DNA of 64,000 nt, taken from assembly GCA_964016885.1 (NCBI GenBank), contig OZ024740.1, positions 403,124,001 through 403,188,000 on the forward strand, given 5' to 3'. Source of the stretch: Eledone cirrhosa. Taxonomy: Eukaryota. The notes beneath the pieces were generated by a model. The model saw nothing but the letters and a program-made list of their open reading frames with translations. It searched no databases and had not been told where the DNA came from. Made by a program: the position numbers and the translations under genes. Below are positions 1-13,877 of this stretch, piece after piece; within the stretch, counting starts at the first letter, position 1; each line of letters begins with the position of its first letter.

Positions 1-39
1 TAAGGTACTCATAAAATGGCCAGCATTAATTACTACAAA

Positions 40-226
40 GCGGTGGATTGGTAGTATCGGTAGAGGGTCGGACGCCATGCTTTGACGCATAGAGTTACGG
101 CTCTTTCAATTTTGAGTTCAAATCCCGCCAAGGTTAACTTTGCCTTTCATCCTTACGGGGTCGATAAAATAAAGTACCTGTAATGCACTGGGTAATTGCT
201 GGCCTTGTGCCAAAAGTAGAAACAAT
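40..226 (+). mobile_element. tRNA-derived SINE (family A, ~190 bp) with 16-bp TSD
   Basis: A-box-like TGGTAGTATCGG and B-box GAGTTCAAATCCC; 3' end GTAGAAACAATT; flanked by ATTAATTACTA(C/T)AAAG at 25-40 and 225-240; many near-identical copies in the window. Confidence 0.9.
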
Positions 227-927
227 TAATTACTATAAAGATGTAATACGGTATGTGTATTTGCTTTGTGTAATTATTATTGAACATCAGACTAAATGAT
301 AAATACATTGTGAATACATAATTCTGTTGTTTCAAAAGAATATAACATAGTTTGTCTTAAAGAGAAGTCATTCTGAGAGAAATTGTTGGCGAAAATATAT
401 AGAGTAGCATAAAAATCAGACTGACATAGATCAAGCTAGGATTTTGTATATTATCAAAAGATTTTCCATATTATCAAAAGAGTTTCCATCGTGTTTTATA
501 TCATGCTGTCTCTTGACCAAAATGTTCTAGAACATTCTGACGTATCCAATGAACGGTGTTTTTCAAAGGTACATTTACATAGAGAGGGTGTTCTTTGGAC
601 AAAGCATATCCATTTCATTAATGTGTCCAAATGTAGTGCGTGTGTATCCAGCAAATTTAATGGAGGTATAATTAGAGTTTATAAGCCATCACTGAAAATT
701 TAAACAAATGTGAAACACATTATTCTATTCTCTTGTTACACAGAAGAATATAAACGATTACCAATACATGGTTGGCGGTAATTCGCTGTTCATCTGTAGG
801 CAAGTATCCTTGTTCTTCTTTCCACAAAGAGTGGTATAGACAAATGGTTTGCATATCAAAAACAAACTAGGACTTAACTCAAATAACCAGAACAATTTAC
901 ATAAGTTGCCTTCATTGACGGCGTATA

Positions 928-1063
928 ATAATTGTTTCTACTTTTGGCACAAGGCCAGAAATTACACAGTACATTACTGGTACTTTATTTTATCGACCCG
1001 TAAGGATGAAAGGCAAAGTTGACCTCGGCGGGATTTGAACTCAGAATGGAAAGGGTCGTAACT
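928..1063 (-). mobile_element. SINE family A, 5'-truncated
   Basis: Reverse complement of the 3' two-thirds of 40-226. Confidence 0.85.
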
Positions 1064-1489
1064 CTTGAATATTTATAACAATACGGCGTTTATTAGAAAA
1101 TTTAAGATTAACGGAATCATAACTACAGTTTAAAAGCAAAACTGTTAACATTTAAATAACCATGTAACATTGTGTTGTTCTGTCTATAGAGTAAAACATA
1201 CATAACAGAAATGGGCGGCTTAATTTCAATATAGTATAACACATTCTAGGTGACTCTGTGTTTCTACTTCGTTAATGTCTTTGAGAAATAATACATTCCC
1301 TTTCATTCTCTTGACTACCTTTCCTGTTCTATACATAAGGTACTTCATTAACTGCTTAAAATATGTACCTATATATTTTGTAGCAACATTAATAAGGAAA
1401 ATGTGTATAATTCCGCATATATGCTGAAAGATGATAAAAGCTTTATCCCATGAGGAGCTGAATATGTACTGAAAGTGTATGCCGTGGAC

Positions 1490-2700
1490 CGACAATGGCA
1501 TTCGTGTTGCTCACAGGTCCGGAGATCAAACATTAGGGAAGCACTGATGCGAAGACAGTCACTATTGGGCAGAGCACCGGTTGATCGTGGGAGAACGGTA
1601 TTCAGCTAGGCATCTCTATGGGGCTGGACCAACGAAAACAAGCAAGACGTTGCTGATCAGGCAGGTGCGCAAGGCTATCCGGGGACTGATCACACTGCAT
1701 TGTGTCCCATTTGCGTTGGGGAGATTTAGCGTTTACAAAATTAAGGCCAAATCCGTTCAAGGTCTTGTAGGCTGCCCCATATGCCCAGGGGCAATAAGCT
1801 TTGATGTGTCGGGGAGAATATTGTTGATAAGGGTACGACAGGGGGCCAGCTACGAATAAATGGCAACGATATTGGGTATAAAACACCAAGACCACTTTAG
1901 GTATCGTAGATTGTGGCTATCCACTGTCATCAGACGACATTGCATAACTTCCCTGCACCATACTCGATGCAGATATAGAGATTTGTGAGGCAAGGGCCAT
2001 TACAGTAAGAGGAGACATTGTGGAATGTATGCAAAAGCTTCTGTAAACCAAAGCAGTTCTTTATCAGGAAGTGAGTCGAGTGTACATTAATCAGGCACTG
2101 TCTACCACAAGAGTTTCGAGCTGCTGAAGCTTTGATCTGAGTACTGATCGGATTGCAGGCGAAAGGATCAGTGACAGAAGGATAAGAACATCATCCTCTG
2201 GGGCTAACAGAACGTTGTAGTGTATCAATTGCACGTGCATGACGAAAACCTCGAAACTCTCTTTGTTGTAGCTAACATTCACGACCTCCGACTTGTACAG
2301 TCGACCTCAAGTCCGATTCACACCAGAGCAGGGTCTGGTAGAGTTGAGACCATGACAGATAGTATCAGCAGGCCCACTTATAATGGTGACATCCGGGTGA
2401 CCCTACTTGTTAGATGCCACACGAGGATAGCATCACATTATCCCCGACGAGGAGCATACTCGGAGTTCTGTATCACAATTAGATCAACAGAATGAAAGTG
2501 CAAGTGGTTGCGGCACAGATAGTTGAAGGCGTTTCTCGTGTTGAGACTGTCGAAACAGGTTCGAGTAGGCAATCACTAATGAATTACCTAACGGCATGGG
2601 TGACTCCCTCGTATCAGCAAGTTACACCGACTCAAAGCTGTAATTATCTCAACATTTTCAGCGTAAAGATAGATATATATTATTACTCAGGAAACGACGG
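1490..2700 (-). mobile_element. Possible degraded LTR-retrotransposon (Gypsy gag-like) relic
   Basis: GC-richer island in AT-rich flanks; a minus-strand frame near 2280-2350 reads PDPALV*IGLEVDCTSRR, loosely resembling the gag N-terminal DPxLWFxQxEAQF motif. Confidence 0.3.
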
Positions 2701-3388
2701 ATAGTAACAGCGGTGAGTATGTAATCCAGCTATTGAATAAAAATAAACATATTTGTGTGTGATTATGTGTGGGGGGTGTATATATCTGCGTGTTTGTGTG
2801 TATATGTGTGCATTATATGTGTACATTTATACCCACGTAAATACGATCATGTGGTGACCTGGTTAATAAGGTACATGAGAGCTAGTCAAGAAGCTAATCA
2901 TTCTATCTCACAAAACAGTATCGCGTTGGTAAAAACTCATAATTCTTAAATCTTTACTGGCCTGATCCAATCAGTCATAAACATGTTACATCTATCACAG
3001 GATAGAACCAATCTGCTGCAGCAAAAATTAGTGTTACTATAAAAATGACAATGTAATTCGTGAGTCTAAAATGTGATGATTGATTCCTCCTTTAAATGCT
3101 AAGTTACGAGGTTTATATTCCTGAAGTATCATATTCCGTCCCAAAACTATCTTTCCCCTGTTCATGCATATTTCCCGCTTGAACTGTAAACTGCATCTGT
3201 ATGATTGTTCTTTTGCTGACTGGTTTAACGCTCACTGTAATATTAAAGCAGCCCAGAAACCTATTGGTGACAGACTTTGTACACGGATATTAAAACACGC
3301 CTCTGATCTAAGCACTCATTTCTTTGATTCTTAATCTGACTACCAATCATTGGTTTATTTTTTAGTTTATCAGTTCTATACAGTCAAC

Positions 3389-3555
<167 letters not shown>

Positions 3556-4067
3556 ATGTGAGAAGTGGTGTTGCTGAAAAGCTGGTTATGTAATCTCGCT
3601 TTGCTAAATAGTTTATTTTAGAAAAGACATATCTATCTTCCAAGACCTCAAAATTCATTAATAATTTAAATAATTGTAAGATAAGTATATATATTTCCTG
3701 AAAAGCTATCATTGACATTCAAAGATAAAAGGGAGAGGTGCGTGGACTATTCTTGTTTCGTGATATATATAGATTATCGGAAGATAGCTAGAATCCAATA
3801 AACCTTACTATAGCTTACCTTCATTTATCTTACTTATTATTACTGCTTTCTCTCTTTGTGTTCATTAAAGCACTAAGGAATATTAATGGACAAGATTTGT
3901 TCACTGAAACTATATGTCGTTTGATCTCAGTTTTCGGTCAGATTTTTCTTTTTCTTATATCAGTTCTTGCTGTTTTCAGGACGTAATTACAAAAATATTA
4001 ACATATTTTCCATTTTGGGTGAACTTGAGGGCGTTTGAATGAATTGACTAAATGGTAGGAAGTATAA

Positions 4068-4255
4068 TTCTTTCTATTTTTGGCACAAGGCCAGCAATTA
4101 TCCCAGTGCATTACTGGTACTTTATTTTATCGATCCCGTAAGGATGAAAGGCAAAGTTAACCTCGGCGGGATTTCAACTCAGATCGTAAAGGCCCGTAAC
4201 TCCATGCTGCAAAGCATGGCGTCCGATCCTCTAACGATACTGCCAATCCATCGCT
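4068..4255 (-). mobile_element. SINE family A with TSD
   Basis: Reverse complement of family A; TAGGAAGTATAAT on both sides (~4055-4067 and ~4257-4269). Confidence 0.85.
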
Positions 4256-4669
4256 CTAGGAAGTATAATGCTATCAACTCAAATGTTTTAGTTGATGTTG
4301 CATCACAAAAGCTGTGTACTGTTCGAGGTCAATATATTAACACATGCTAGCTTAACCCATTTTTTTAGTTGTGCTATCAAGTAAACCCCAAATGCTTCTT
4401 CAAATTGCTGAAATATTATGTAATTTATGTTTGGTTATATTCTTTTATTTAGCTATATTCGTACGTTTGGGCACTAATGGAAACATGTTTCAGTCGATTA
4501 TTCCTTAAATTCTAAGCCGATGTTTCATTTGTTTATTTATTTTACTTGTTTCAATCATTAAACTACAACCCCTGAACTTCATAGATTTTAATCAATTACA
4601 GTACGTTATCCCATACTTTATGTTTATTATAAAAGGAGAAACGACTGTCATATATATATATATATGTGT

Positions 4670-4766
<97 letters not shown>

Positions 4767-4774
4767 AGTTTGAA

Positions 4775-5291
4775 TCCCTAAAACTCGAGAAGTACACTTT
4801 TCAAACTTTACTTATGTTTCAGGGAGTGTTATGCAACTTTTTGTTATCTCCTAAGGCCCGCATTAGGTGAAAAACTTCGTTTTTTAAGATTTTTAGGGTT
4901 TTTTTTAGGCGTTACGTCACACCGATTTCCTTGAAATTGTAACTATGTATTAGTCAGTCTCTTCTTCATACCGTAAGCAAAGAAAATCCAACTTTCTTAT
5001 GGCCTAGGGCCCGCATTAGGTGAAAAACTTTATTTTTTCAGCTTCTTAGGGCTTTTTGGAGGCGTTACGTCTAGCCGATTTTCCCGAAATTTAAAGGCAT
5101 ATTATGCATTAGGTGAAAACCTGCATTTTTCCTGCTTCATCGAGGAAAATCTTAAAGATTATCCAGCCATCAGAGTATTCGGTTTATTTTCTTTACATAT
5201 TGTCCAGGCATGCAGTTTTTCCACGATTAGGGTGTTGGCGGCCCGCGTTCCAAGATACATTATCCCGTGCAACGTTAGGTACCACTGCTAG
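4775..5291 (+). mobile_element. Non-autonomous Helitron-like element
   Basis: Starts A|TC; ends with a degenerate subterminal hairpin CCCGTGCAACGTTAGG then TGCTAG, similar to the Helitron end at 11959; internal ~150-bp tandem units (GCCCGCATTAGGTGAAAAACT). Confidence 0.6.
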
Positions 5292-6163
5292 ATTGTATAT
5301 TGTCGCATCTTTTTCCTACTTTTTTTTTCATTTCTTTCAAATATCTATTTATTGTGAATAAGAATAGTGTTCTTTTTCATCAGGGAAACGTCCTGGGAAA
5401 TTGAAGCACCTCACTAAAAGCAACTTCCACACAATTAACCATAACTACATTTATTTTAATATACAGAATTTTTTAACTAATGTAGCAGCGTTAGAATGGT
5501 CATTCGACCTGCTAGTAATAGCACTTAAATAGCCCCCAAATCTCAATCCACTAAGTTTCTGAAGCAAAAACAAACAGAATGGTTGTAGCTGTAACGAACT
5601 TTATCCCAGGTCTGCTTGATTACGATTGACCTACGGCTAAACAACAATACTTAATTTTGCTGATTATCGCGAACATTTAGCATAATAAAGACATGATCCG
5701 CACTTATTTAATTCACAAATCCTGTTAAGATTTCTTCTTTAAAAAACTCTCTATCTTCCTCAAGTACAAGATAAAAGACACTGGTATAAAAGAGTGTTGA
5801 AGTTTTCTTGAAGCATTGTGGAATAATAAAATTGGTCGTTTTGGAAGCCTCAACAATGTAGATAGGTAAATCTCCGAGTAACAGAATCAGGTGGTAATGA
5901 GAGAGATGTGAGAGGAAATGTACACTGAAATAAAATTTATTTGGGGATGAAATTCTGATCGCAACTACATAAATAAGAAACAAATCATGCAGTAGATTTG
6001 GTGGCTTTATTGCCTCTCCCAGACTTTATGTATAAGGTATCTATGTCACCTTTAATGTTATAATAGTGTAAAGCAGCAGGCAGGATGCAACACCAGCTCA
6101 TGACTAGTTATTCCATGTTTTTTTCTATTTTCTCTCACATACTTCTCTCTTTCTCTTTCTCTC

Positions 6164-6199
<36 letters not shown>

Positions 6200-6223
6200 G
6201 TTCTCCCCTCCTCTCTCTGTGTA

Positions 6224-6271
<48 letters not shown>

Positions 6272-6779
6272 CATACATACATACATATATATATATATTT
6301 ATATATATATATATATATATATATACAAAAGCACGTACACGTAATGCTCTTACTCTCTCACTTCTTTTCACTTTTTCCCTTTTACTGATTTACATATCCT
6401 TACGTATTTTTATTTATAACGTACCGAATGCTACCTCCCCAGTAACAAGAGAATCACTAATAACGGTCCTTGATGAATTGTATTTAATTCGCTAGTTAAC
6501 GCGATCAATCATAAATCGCACCCCCTCGGAACTGCCCACCCACTGTGACCCATGTCAACCAGATCACAGGTCGTGCAGTACACCTATTACCCATGCTACT
6601 GTCTAGAACATCGGGTGCACTGACCGTCTTTATTTTAGCTTGCTATCCTTGAAGGTATGGGGAGAATGTTGAAAGCCGATGTCCGTCAAAACAGTCTAAG
6701 GACACTTGTACAGTTAGTCGGGTAAAATTATTTTATGTATTATTTGTTATTACTTCTATTATTGTTATTTATAAGCTAC

Positions 6780-8110
6780 ATCGTGCATGGATTGACAGAG
6801 ATTTGTGGTATTTATTTCTTCTCTTTTATGTCTGAGTTCAAATCCCGGCGAGGCCAACTATGTATTTCATCCTTCCCAGGTCGATAACATAGAGTATTTG
6901 TCAATTAATGGAGTCGATTTAATCGACTTTCCCCTCCCTCAAAATTACTGACCTTGTATCTAAAGTCGAATTCATTATTTGTAAGTCCCCAGGGGGAAGT
7001 GGATTGGCAGAATCATTAAAGCGTAGGGTGAAATATTTGTTGCATTTTTCCTGCTCTTTACATTCTGAATTCAGATCCTGCCGAGGTCCACTTTACCTTT
7101 CATCCTACAAGAGTCGATAAAATAAACAAGCAGTTAAACACTTTTTACGATATAATAGACTTTACCCACCCCAACAAAATGTGGGCCTTATGCCTAGATT
7201 AGAAATCATTATTTGTAGGCGGTGGATTGGCAGTATCGGTAGAGGGTCGGACGTTATGCTTTCCAGCATAGTTATGTCCCTTTACGATCTGAGTTCAAAT
7301 CCCGCCGAGGTTGACTTTGCCTTTCACCCTTACGGGGTCGATAAAATAAAGTACGAGTAATGCACTGGTTAATTGCTGGCCTTGTACCAAAAGTAGAAAC
7401 AATTATTTGTATAACATTGGGCGATGGATTGGCAGTATCGGTAGAGAGTCGGACACCATGCTTTTAAGCATAGAGTTACCTCCCTTTATGATCTGAGTTC
7501 AAATCCCGCCGAGGTTAACTTTGCCTTTCATCCTTACGGGGTCGATAAAATAAAGTACCAGTAATATACTTGGTAATTGCTGGCCTTGTGCCAAAAATAG
7601 AAACAATTATTTGTATAACATTATATTAGTGCATATGTACGGAAACTTGTCGCTAATAAATAAATTATTGTTGTGATCAGGGATTGTTGGTAGCAGAATC
7701 GTGAAAGGCTTTTAAGTCCTAAGTTCAAATCCTGTCGTGGTTAAATTAGTTTTTCAATTAACTTTGCTTTACATCCTTCCTAGGTCATTAAAATAAAGTA
7801 TTGGCTAAGTATTGGAGTTGATGTAATTTTTATCCGCTTTCCTCTTCCTCCAAATTTCTGGCCTTGAGAAAATGTTAGAAAAAATTATTATAGAGAGTAA
7901 TGTAGGTATGGCAGAGGATTGGTATACATTTGTAAAAGTATTTTTCTAGATTATTACTTTCCGAGTTCAAATCTAGCCGTGATCAATTTTTCCTCTCTTC
8001 CTTTCGGGGTCAATAATATAGAGTGCTGGTCAATTACTGGGGTCGGCTTAATGGACTTTTCCTTCTCTCTACGTAATGGCCTTGTGCTTGAAATAGAAAT
8101 TATCATTATA
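6780..8110 (+). mobile_element. Head-to-tail cluster of ~6 family-A-related SINEs
   Basis: B-box-like GAGTTCAAATC motifs near 6835, 7068, 7291, 7495, 7722 and 7963, each followed by a TTTCATCC..GTCGATAAAATAAAGTA-like and a GGCCTTGTG..TAGAAA-like motif; 7218-7405 and 7420-7612 are close to consensus. Confidence 0.85.
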
Positions 8111-8279
8111 GAGTGTAGTTGGTGGTCGAATAGGAAGAGCATAAGCAACATTAGCCTGGTGACGATAGTATCGGTGAGGACTGGCTATGTTGACGGTTTG
8201 GAGCACTTTCAGATGAGCCAAAATGTAGATCTTCCAGGTAAAGGATTATGGACAATTCTCAAACATCCTTGGTATAATA

Positions 8280-8467
8280 ATTGTGTTTCTAGTTTAGGCA
8301 CAAGGCCAGCAATTACCCAGTGCATTACTGGTACTTTATTTTATCGACCCCGTAAGGATGAAAGGCAAAGTCAACCTCGGCGGGATTTGAACTCAGATCG
8401 TAAAGGGACGTAACTATGCTGAAAAGCATGGCGTCCGACCCTCTACCGATACTGCCAATTCACCGCC
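8280..8467 (-). mobile_element. Full-length SINE family A with 19-bp TSD
   Basis: CATCCTTGGTATAATAATT at ~8264-8282 and ~8467-8485. Confidence 0.9.
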
Positions 8468-8863
8468 ATCCTTGGTATAATAATTCTAAAGGAACTCATT
8501 AAATATTTGTTCGAGACAAGCACTATAGGCTCGGAATTGCCAACAGCTACACATGTTGGAGACATGCAGAAGAAACCTAGAAGACCGTCATACATGCTAT
8601 CGTTCAGTGACTGTACATTGCCACCCTATGGGCTTATGTCGAACAGATGTTATGACATGCAGGATGTATTCGGATATGCTGAAAATCGATTCATCACTTT
8701 GCTTTGCCAATGACGGGCGATTAATCTGCCTGTGTATGATGGCTATGCTAAGATACGTGTAAAAGTTTTAGGATTGATATCTTCCAGTCTGGCTAAGCTT
8801 TCACCAACTCCTACAAGTACCATTTGAAGAAGAAGGTGAGGATGTTAAGGGGAATAGCCTTTG

Positions 8864-9683
8864 TGTAATTCTACCACAGTATCCGAAGTCTATTCTGTGT
8901 AATTCTACCGCAGTATCCGAGGTCTACTCTATGTAATTCTACCGCAGTATCCGAAGTCTACTCTATGTAATTCTACCGCAGTATCCGAGGTCTACTCTAT
9001 GTAATTCTACCGCAGTATCCGAGGTCTACTCTATGTAATTCTATCGGAGTATTCGAAGTCTATTCTGTGTAATTCTACCGCAGTATCCGAGGTCTACTCT
9101 ATGTAATTCTATCGGAGTATTCGAAGTCTATTCTGTGTAATTCTACCGCAGTATCCGAGGTCTACTCTATGTAATTCTATCGGAGTATTCGAAGTCTATT
9201 CTGTGTAATTCTACCGCAGTATCCGAGGTCTACTCTATGTAATTCTACCGCAGTATCCGAGGTCTACTCTATGTAATTCTACCGCAGTATCCGAGGTCTA
9301 CTCTATGTAATTCTACCGCAGTATCCGAGGTCTACTCTATGTAATTCTACCGCAGTATCCGAGGTCTACTCTATGTAATTCTACCGCTGTATCCGAGGTC
9401 TACTCTATGTAATTCTACCGCAGTATCCGAGGTCTACTCTATGTAATTCTACCGCAGTATCCGAGGTCTACTCTATGTAATTCTACCGCTGTATCCGAGG
9501 TCTACTCTATGTAATTCTACCGCAGTATCCGAGGTCTACTCTATGTAATTCTACCGCAGTATCCGAGGTCTACTCTATGTAATTCTACCGCTGTATCCGA
9601 GGTCTACTCTATGTAATTCTACCGCAGTATCCGAGGTCTACGCTATGTAATTCTATCGGAGTATTCGAAGTCTATTCTGTGTA
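8864..9683. repeat. 34-bp minisatellite, ~24 copies
   Basis: Unit TGTAATTCTACCGCAGTATCCGAGGTCTACTCTA with variant TGTAATTCTATCGGAGTATTCGAAGTCTATTCTG; no spacers. Confidence 0.95.
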
Positions 9684-10319
9684 CTGTCCTAATCAACAAT
9701 TGACGCCACAACTGATGTTGCCGCTTTACGATAATTCATGGTATCATTACCTATGCTTAATTCTTGACCGGAGTGCCCCAGATATGCAATCGAACAATCA
9801 ATCAATGTCCACATCAGTATCCTCCTCAATTTGGAACCGATAGCATCAGTGTAACAAATGTGACCCACTGCAATACCGCTAAAAGATTTCTATAGACGTC
9901 TCGTTTTGACAGGAAAAACAACAGTTGTATTTCGAATGTGAAAATAAACTACTGGATACACTACGAGAAATGATCCCTTAACATCAATGTAGCAGTGCCA
10001 TGCAAGAAAACCGAAAGTGTTACAGAGATGGAGAATACAAGCCTATACTTTGTTAATCGTTGAAAGGACGGTCAAACTTCACGCTCTATTCGAAAAGGGA
10101 CCCCTTTTTTATTATATGGCCATCGACAAGAAATTACACTGCAATCAGATTCGGGGATCGTCTGATTTCAGTATAACACCAAATTAACAGGCGGTCCCCG
10201 AATAGAATGGGTCCTCTATTTTCTATTTTCTGTTTTCTATTTCTTTGTATCTTTTGTCTTCTATTCTCTGTTTCTCTGTTTGGGTTCAACGTAATCCTAT
10301 TATATAATTCTGCAAATAA

Positions 10320-10390
10320 CACCTGATGAAATTGTCTAAGATTACATCATAATCGGATGATAGGGCTCGACCATTGAAATATGTATAGTG
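10320..10390 (+). ncRNA. Type I hammerhead ribozyme motif
   Basis: CAC-CTGATGA(10323-10329)-stem II AATTGTC/GACCATT-GAAA(10376-10379)-TATGTA-TA-GTG; stem I only 3 bp. Confidence 0.6.
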
Positions 10391-10460
10391 CTTCCGCGGA
10401 GTTAAACTTCTAAAGTACACTTTCTAGTCTCCGGCCTTCTGTTATTGTTTTAATAAATGT

Positions 10461-10537
<77 letters not shown>

Positions 10538-10619
10538 TATTCATTTATTAAAACAACAACAGAATGCCGAACTAGAAAGTGTACTTTGGAAGTTTAAATC
10601 CGCAAAAGCACTGTACATA
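10380..10619. repeat. Imperfect ~80-bp inverted repeat around a (TA)n tract
   Basis: 10380-10459 is the reverse complement of 10542-10619, with scattered mismatches. Confidence 0.9.
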
Positions 10620-10647
10620 CACTATATACTATACTGTAGAAGCCATT

Positions 10648-10704
<57 letters not shown>

Positions 10705-10787
10705 CTTAACACCGTTCGTAACTGTACTCCTTGTTGTTTACTTTACCAATATATATATATATATATATATAATATTATTTATTTAAT

Positions 10788-10885
10788 AATTGTTTCTACT
10801 TTAGGCACAAGGCCAGCAATAACCCGGTGCATTACTGGTACTTTATTTTATCGACCCCGTAAGGATGAAAGGCAAAGTCAACCTC
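10788..10885 (-). mobile_element. SINE family A 3' fragment
   Basis: Matches the 3' half of family A. Confidence 0.85.
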
Positions 10886-11883
10886 ATTATTTATTTATAT
10901 AATAATATTTATTTATTTCACACACAGAACAAAAGCGCTACCTAAGGTTTCAAGGTCCATTTATAACCATTTCCCTAGATTGTAGAAGCGATTGAATTTA
11001 TGTATGAACATAAATAATATAATATATCAGCTCTCATACCAGATTGAGCTCCCTTCTTCTTTTTCACATCCGCCGATTTTTACTACATACACACACATAA
11101 ATACATACATATATATATATATATATGGGAGACTTGTGTATATATGTGTATATATCCATGTGTGATTTGCATATATATATATTATATATATATATACACA
11201 CACCCATCTTCTGTAATTCTGTTTCCCATAGCCTTTTTCTCTTTTCTTCCCCTCCCCTAAAATAATTTTAGCTGTCACCTGAACTGTATTTATTTGGGGT
11301 TAGGATTGTGACTTGAGTGAGATTGTTTTAGAATACCTATCTACATTCTTACCTAACTTTCTGATCTCTCCCGTTCGTTCACCAAGCCTTTTTGTCTTCT
11401 CACACTACAGACCTTTCTTACTACCAGATCTTTCACTCAACTTCTCATTTTCTCACTCTCAGACGGAGAGCCAGAGAAGAGAAAGGTCAATGAATTTTTC
11501 ATAACAAATGCAATTTAACAATCTTTTGCCTCTTATATCAACTCACATATGCAAGCAATCAGGCTATCATTACTTTCTTCAGATTCCGAATGTTAAGCAA
11601 TTTTAATATCATATTATTAAACCATGAAAATAGAGCGTCATAAAATTATGAGAGATTAGTTATCTAATAAAGAAATGAATTCAGTGTCCAATAACTGGTG
11701 CAATGGGGAAACATCTGAAAACATGTCTTCAGCTGCAAAGGAAAAGGCATTTCGTAATACCGGAAATTTACAATTATTGCACGGATGTGAAAATTCCGAG
11801 CTAACATGATATATCCCGAAACAATGTTGAGTTGGTTGATATAAATAAAAAAGGTAAGTGTTCGCATTTGGCGAATAAGACAC

Positions 11884-11958
<75 letters not shown>

Positions 11959-11959
<1 letters not shown>

Positions 11960-13693
11960 TAGCAGATTTACCCGGCGTTGCTCGGGGTTTGAGATTATGC
12001 TTAGAATATACAGCTAGGAAGTAAAAGAAGAACATTATTTGTCCCCAACCTGTCAAAATAAGCAGAAGTGTTCAATAATTAATGCAAACGAATATTTAGT
12101 GCAATCTTTGTACACATAAAAGTATGTTGATAATGAAGGAAAACACTGAACAGGATGTAGTTATACAAATGATTAAAGACAATACACGTTGCAAATCTGT
12201 AAAAAAAACAGGCAGTTTTGTTAAAGTACAAAAAGTTGTAATGAAAGCAGAGTTGTATACAAACAAAAAACAATGAGAGTAGAATAAGAGAAAATCTATT
12301 CTTTGAGAGCATCCTTTGCTGTGTATGGTTAAATTTTGAACTTATAATCCAAAATATCCTGCATGACATATTCATTGGTATGTTTTGTAATGAGTAAGGT
12401 GAAGTCAAGGCAGAGCTGTAATAAGTTTTTTTGTTAACACTAAAGCACTTCAGGATAGACGATATTCTTTATTTTTCTTTTCGGAACAAATGCAAAGAGA
12501 TTATCTCGACTGCCAACTCGTGAGCAGGCAACGAAGAATTGTCCGTGCGAAAAGCAAGGTTCATCCAAGTGAATTCCAGCGACGGACAGAGTTTGATCTT
12601 GCGACTTGTTTATGGACACCGCAAAGGCAACACGAAGGGGAAATTGGGTTTGGCGAAAGGAGAAGGGAGTATCCACACCTGATGTAGTCAGGCTAATTTT
12701 TGTTAATATCATATCCTCGCCTTTTCCACATCCGGATAGAATGGTAGCGTCAATACTAAGTGGAGACAGTTTTTTAACCACAAGGCGTGTACCATTGCAT
12801 AGTTTTGGAGGAGTGATATTTCTCAGCAAAATACCTGGCGTTCCCTCTTTCAGAACCAATGTATTAGGAGGTAAACCAGGAGGATTTAAAAAATTTAGAA
12901 ATTCAACTGGATAGTTGACCGCATCCTGTGGATCACATACAGTATCACTAGATTTATATATCCGTGGACATCCAGGAAGAATCCTGTTCAGTATGTTCCT
13001 TCATTGTCAAAAAGGTTTGATGTGTACGAATACAGCTGGAAGCATAGATAATGCCTGCCTCAAATGTGGACGAAATTACTTTAACAATGTAAAAGCTGTA
13101 GGTCCCAATGGTTTGAATGGAAAGTCTCATAAGGATTGTTCTAAAAATAAACAAACCATCATCAAAATCTCGTCAATTCGATACTGCTGCGAGATTAGGC
13201 CCTTACCGCGAAAATTAACACTTAATATAGTGAAACAAGTTAAAACAACAAGTGTTTTTTTAACTTTGAAAGTGCAACAAAGAATAAACAAGAAACAAAC
13301 GATAATATTAGTGATTTATCTTCAAATGAATCTGATGTTTTTATTTCTGAAATTTCGTCCGCTGATGATTGTTGTTTTAAAATTGAAAACGAAGGTCTCC
13401 ATATCTCACTCTCTTTATAAGGATTGTCAATAAAGTTGTTTATCTCCCTTTTTTTATAAGGATTGTCAATAAAGTTGGTTATCTCCCTTACATCAATTTT
13501 ACTACCGATAATTTTGATATCGATTTTTATTACTCAACGGGTGTCGATTGAAAAGATTTTGTGATGTGACCATCTTAGCGACCTGTGCAACGTGCACAGA
13601 AAATTTGGTAAAATTCGGTTGGTAATTGTAAAAGCCTTAGGTATCCAAAGTTGTACACAGACTCAGACATCCTTGCTTTTATATATATAAAGA
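11959..13693 (-). mobile_element. Internally deleted Helitron
   Basis: Minus strand begins A|TC at 13693 and ends CCCGAGCAACGCCGGG hairpin + CTAG|T at 11959; inserted at AT within (TA)n; contains a helicase fragment. Confidence 0.9.
12440..12960 (-). pseudogene. Helitron Pif1-family helicase C-terminal fragment
   Basis: LLRNITPPKLCNGTRL, QFPLRVAFAVSINKSQDQTL and FSHGQFFVACSRV are Pif1/Helitron helicase motifs. Confidence 0.9.
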
Positions 13694-13877
13694 TATATAT
13701 ATAATTTAGAAGCCATTCTATATTAAATATTTATACTCTGCTATGTATTAAGTACCTTACTTACTGTGGTTACCCCCGATTGAACCCTGGATAAACATAT
13801 ATATATATATATACAAGCAAATTATAAACATAAACATGTAAGTATGTTTTTTGAAACGGTGCGCGAGTTTGAAATTA

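Noticed and set aside
330-900. Possible piggyBac-like relic
   Set aside because: Only vague peptide resemblance; no diagnostic motif or termini
8864-9683. CRISPR-like array
   Set aside because: Units are contiguous with no unique spacers; eukaryotic context and no cas genes
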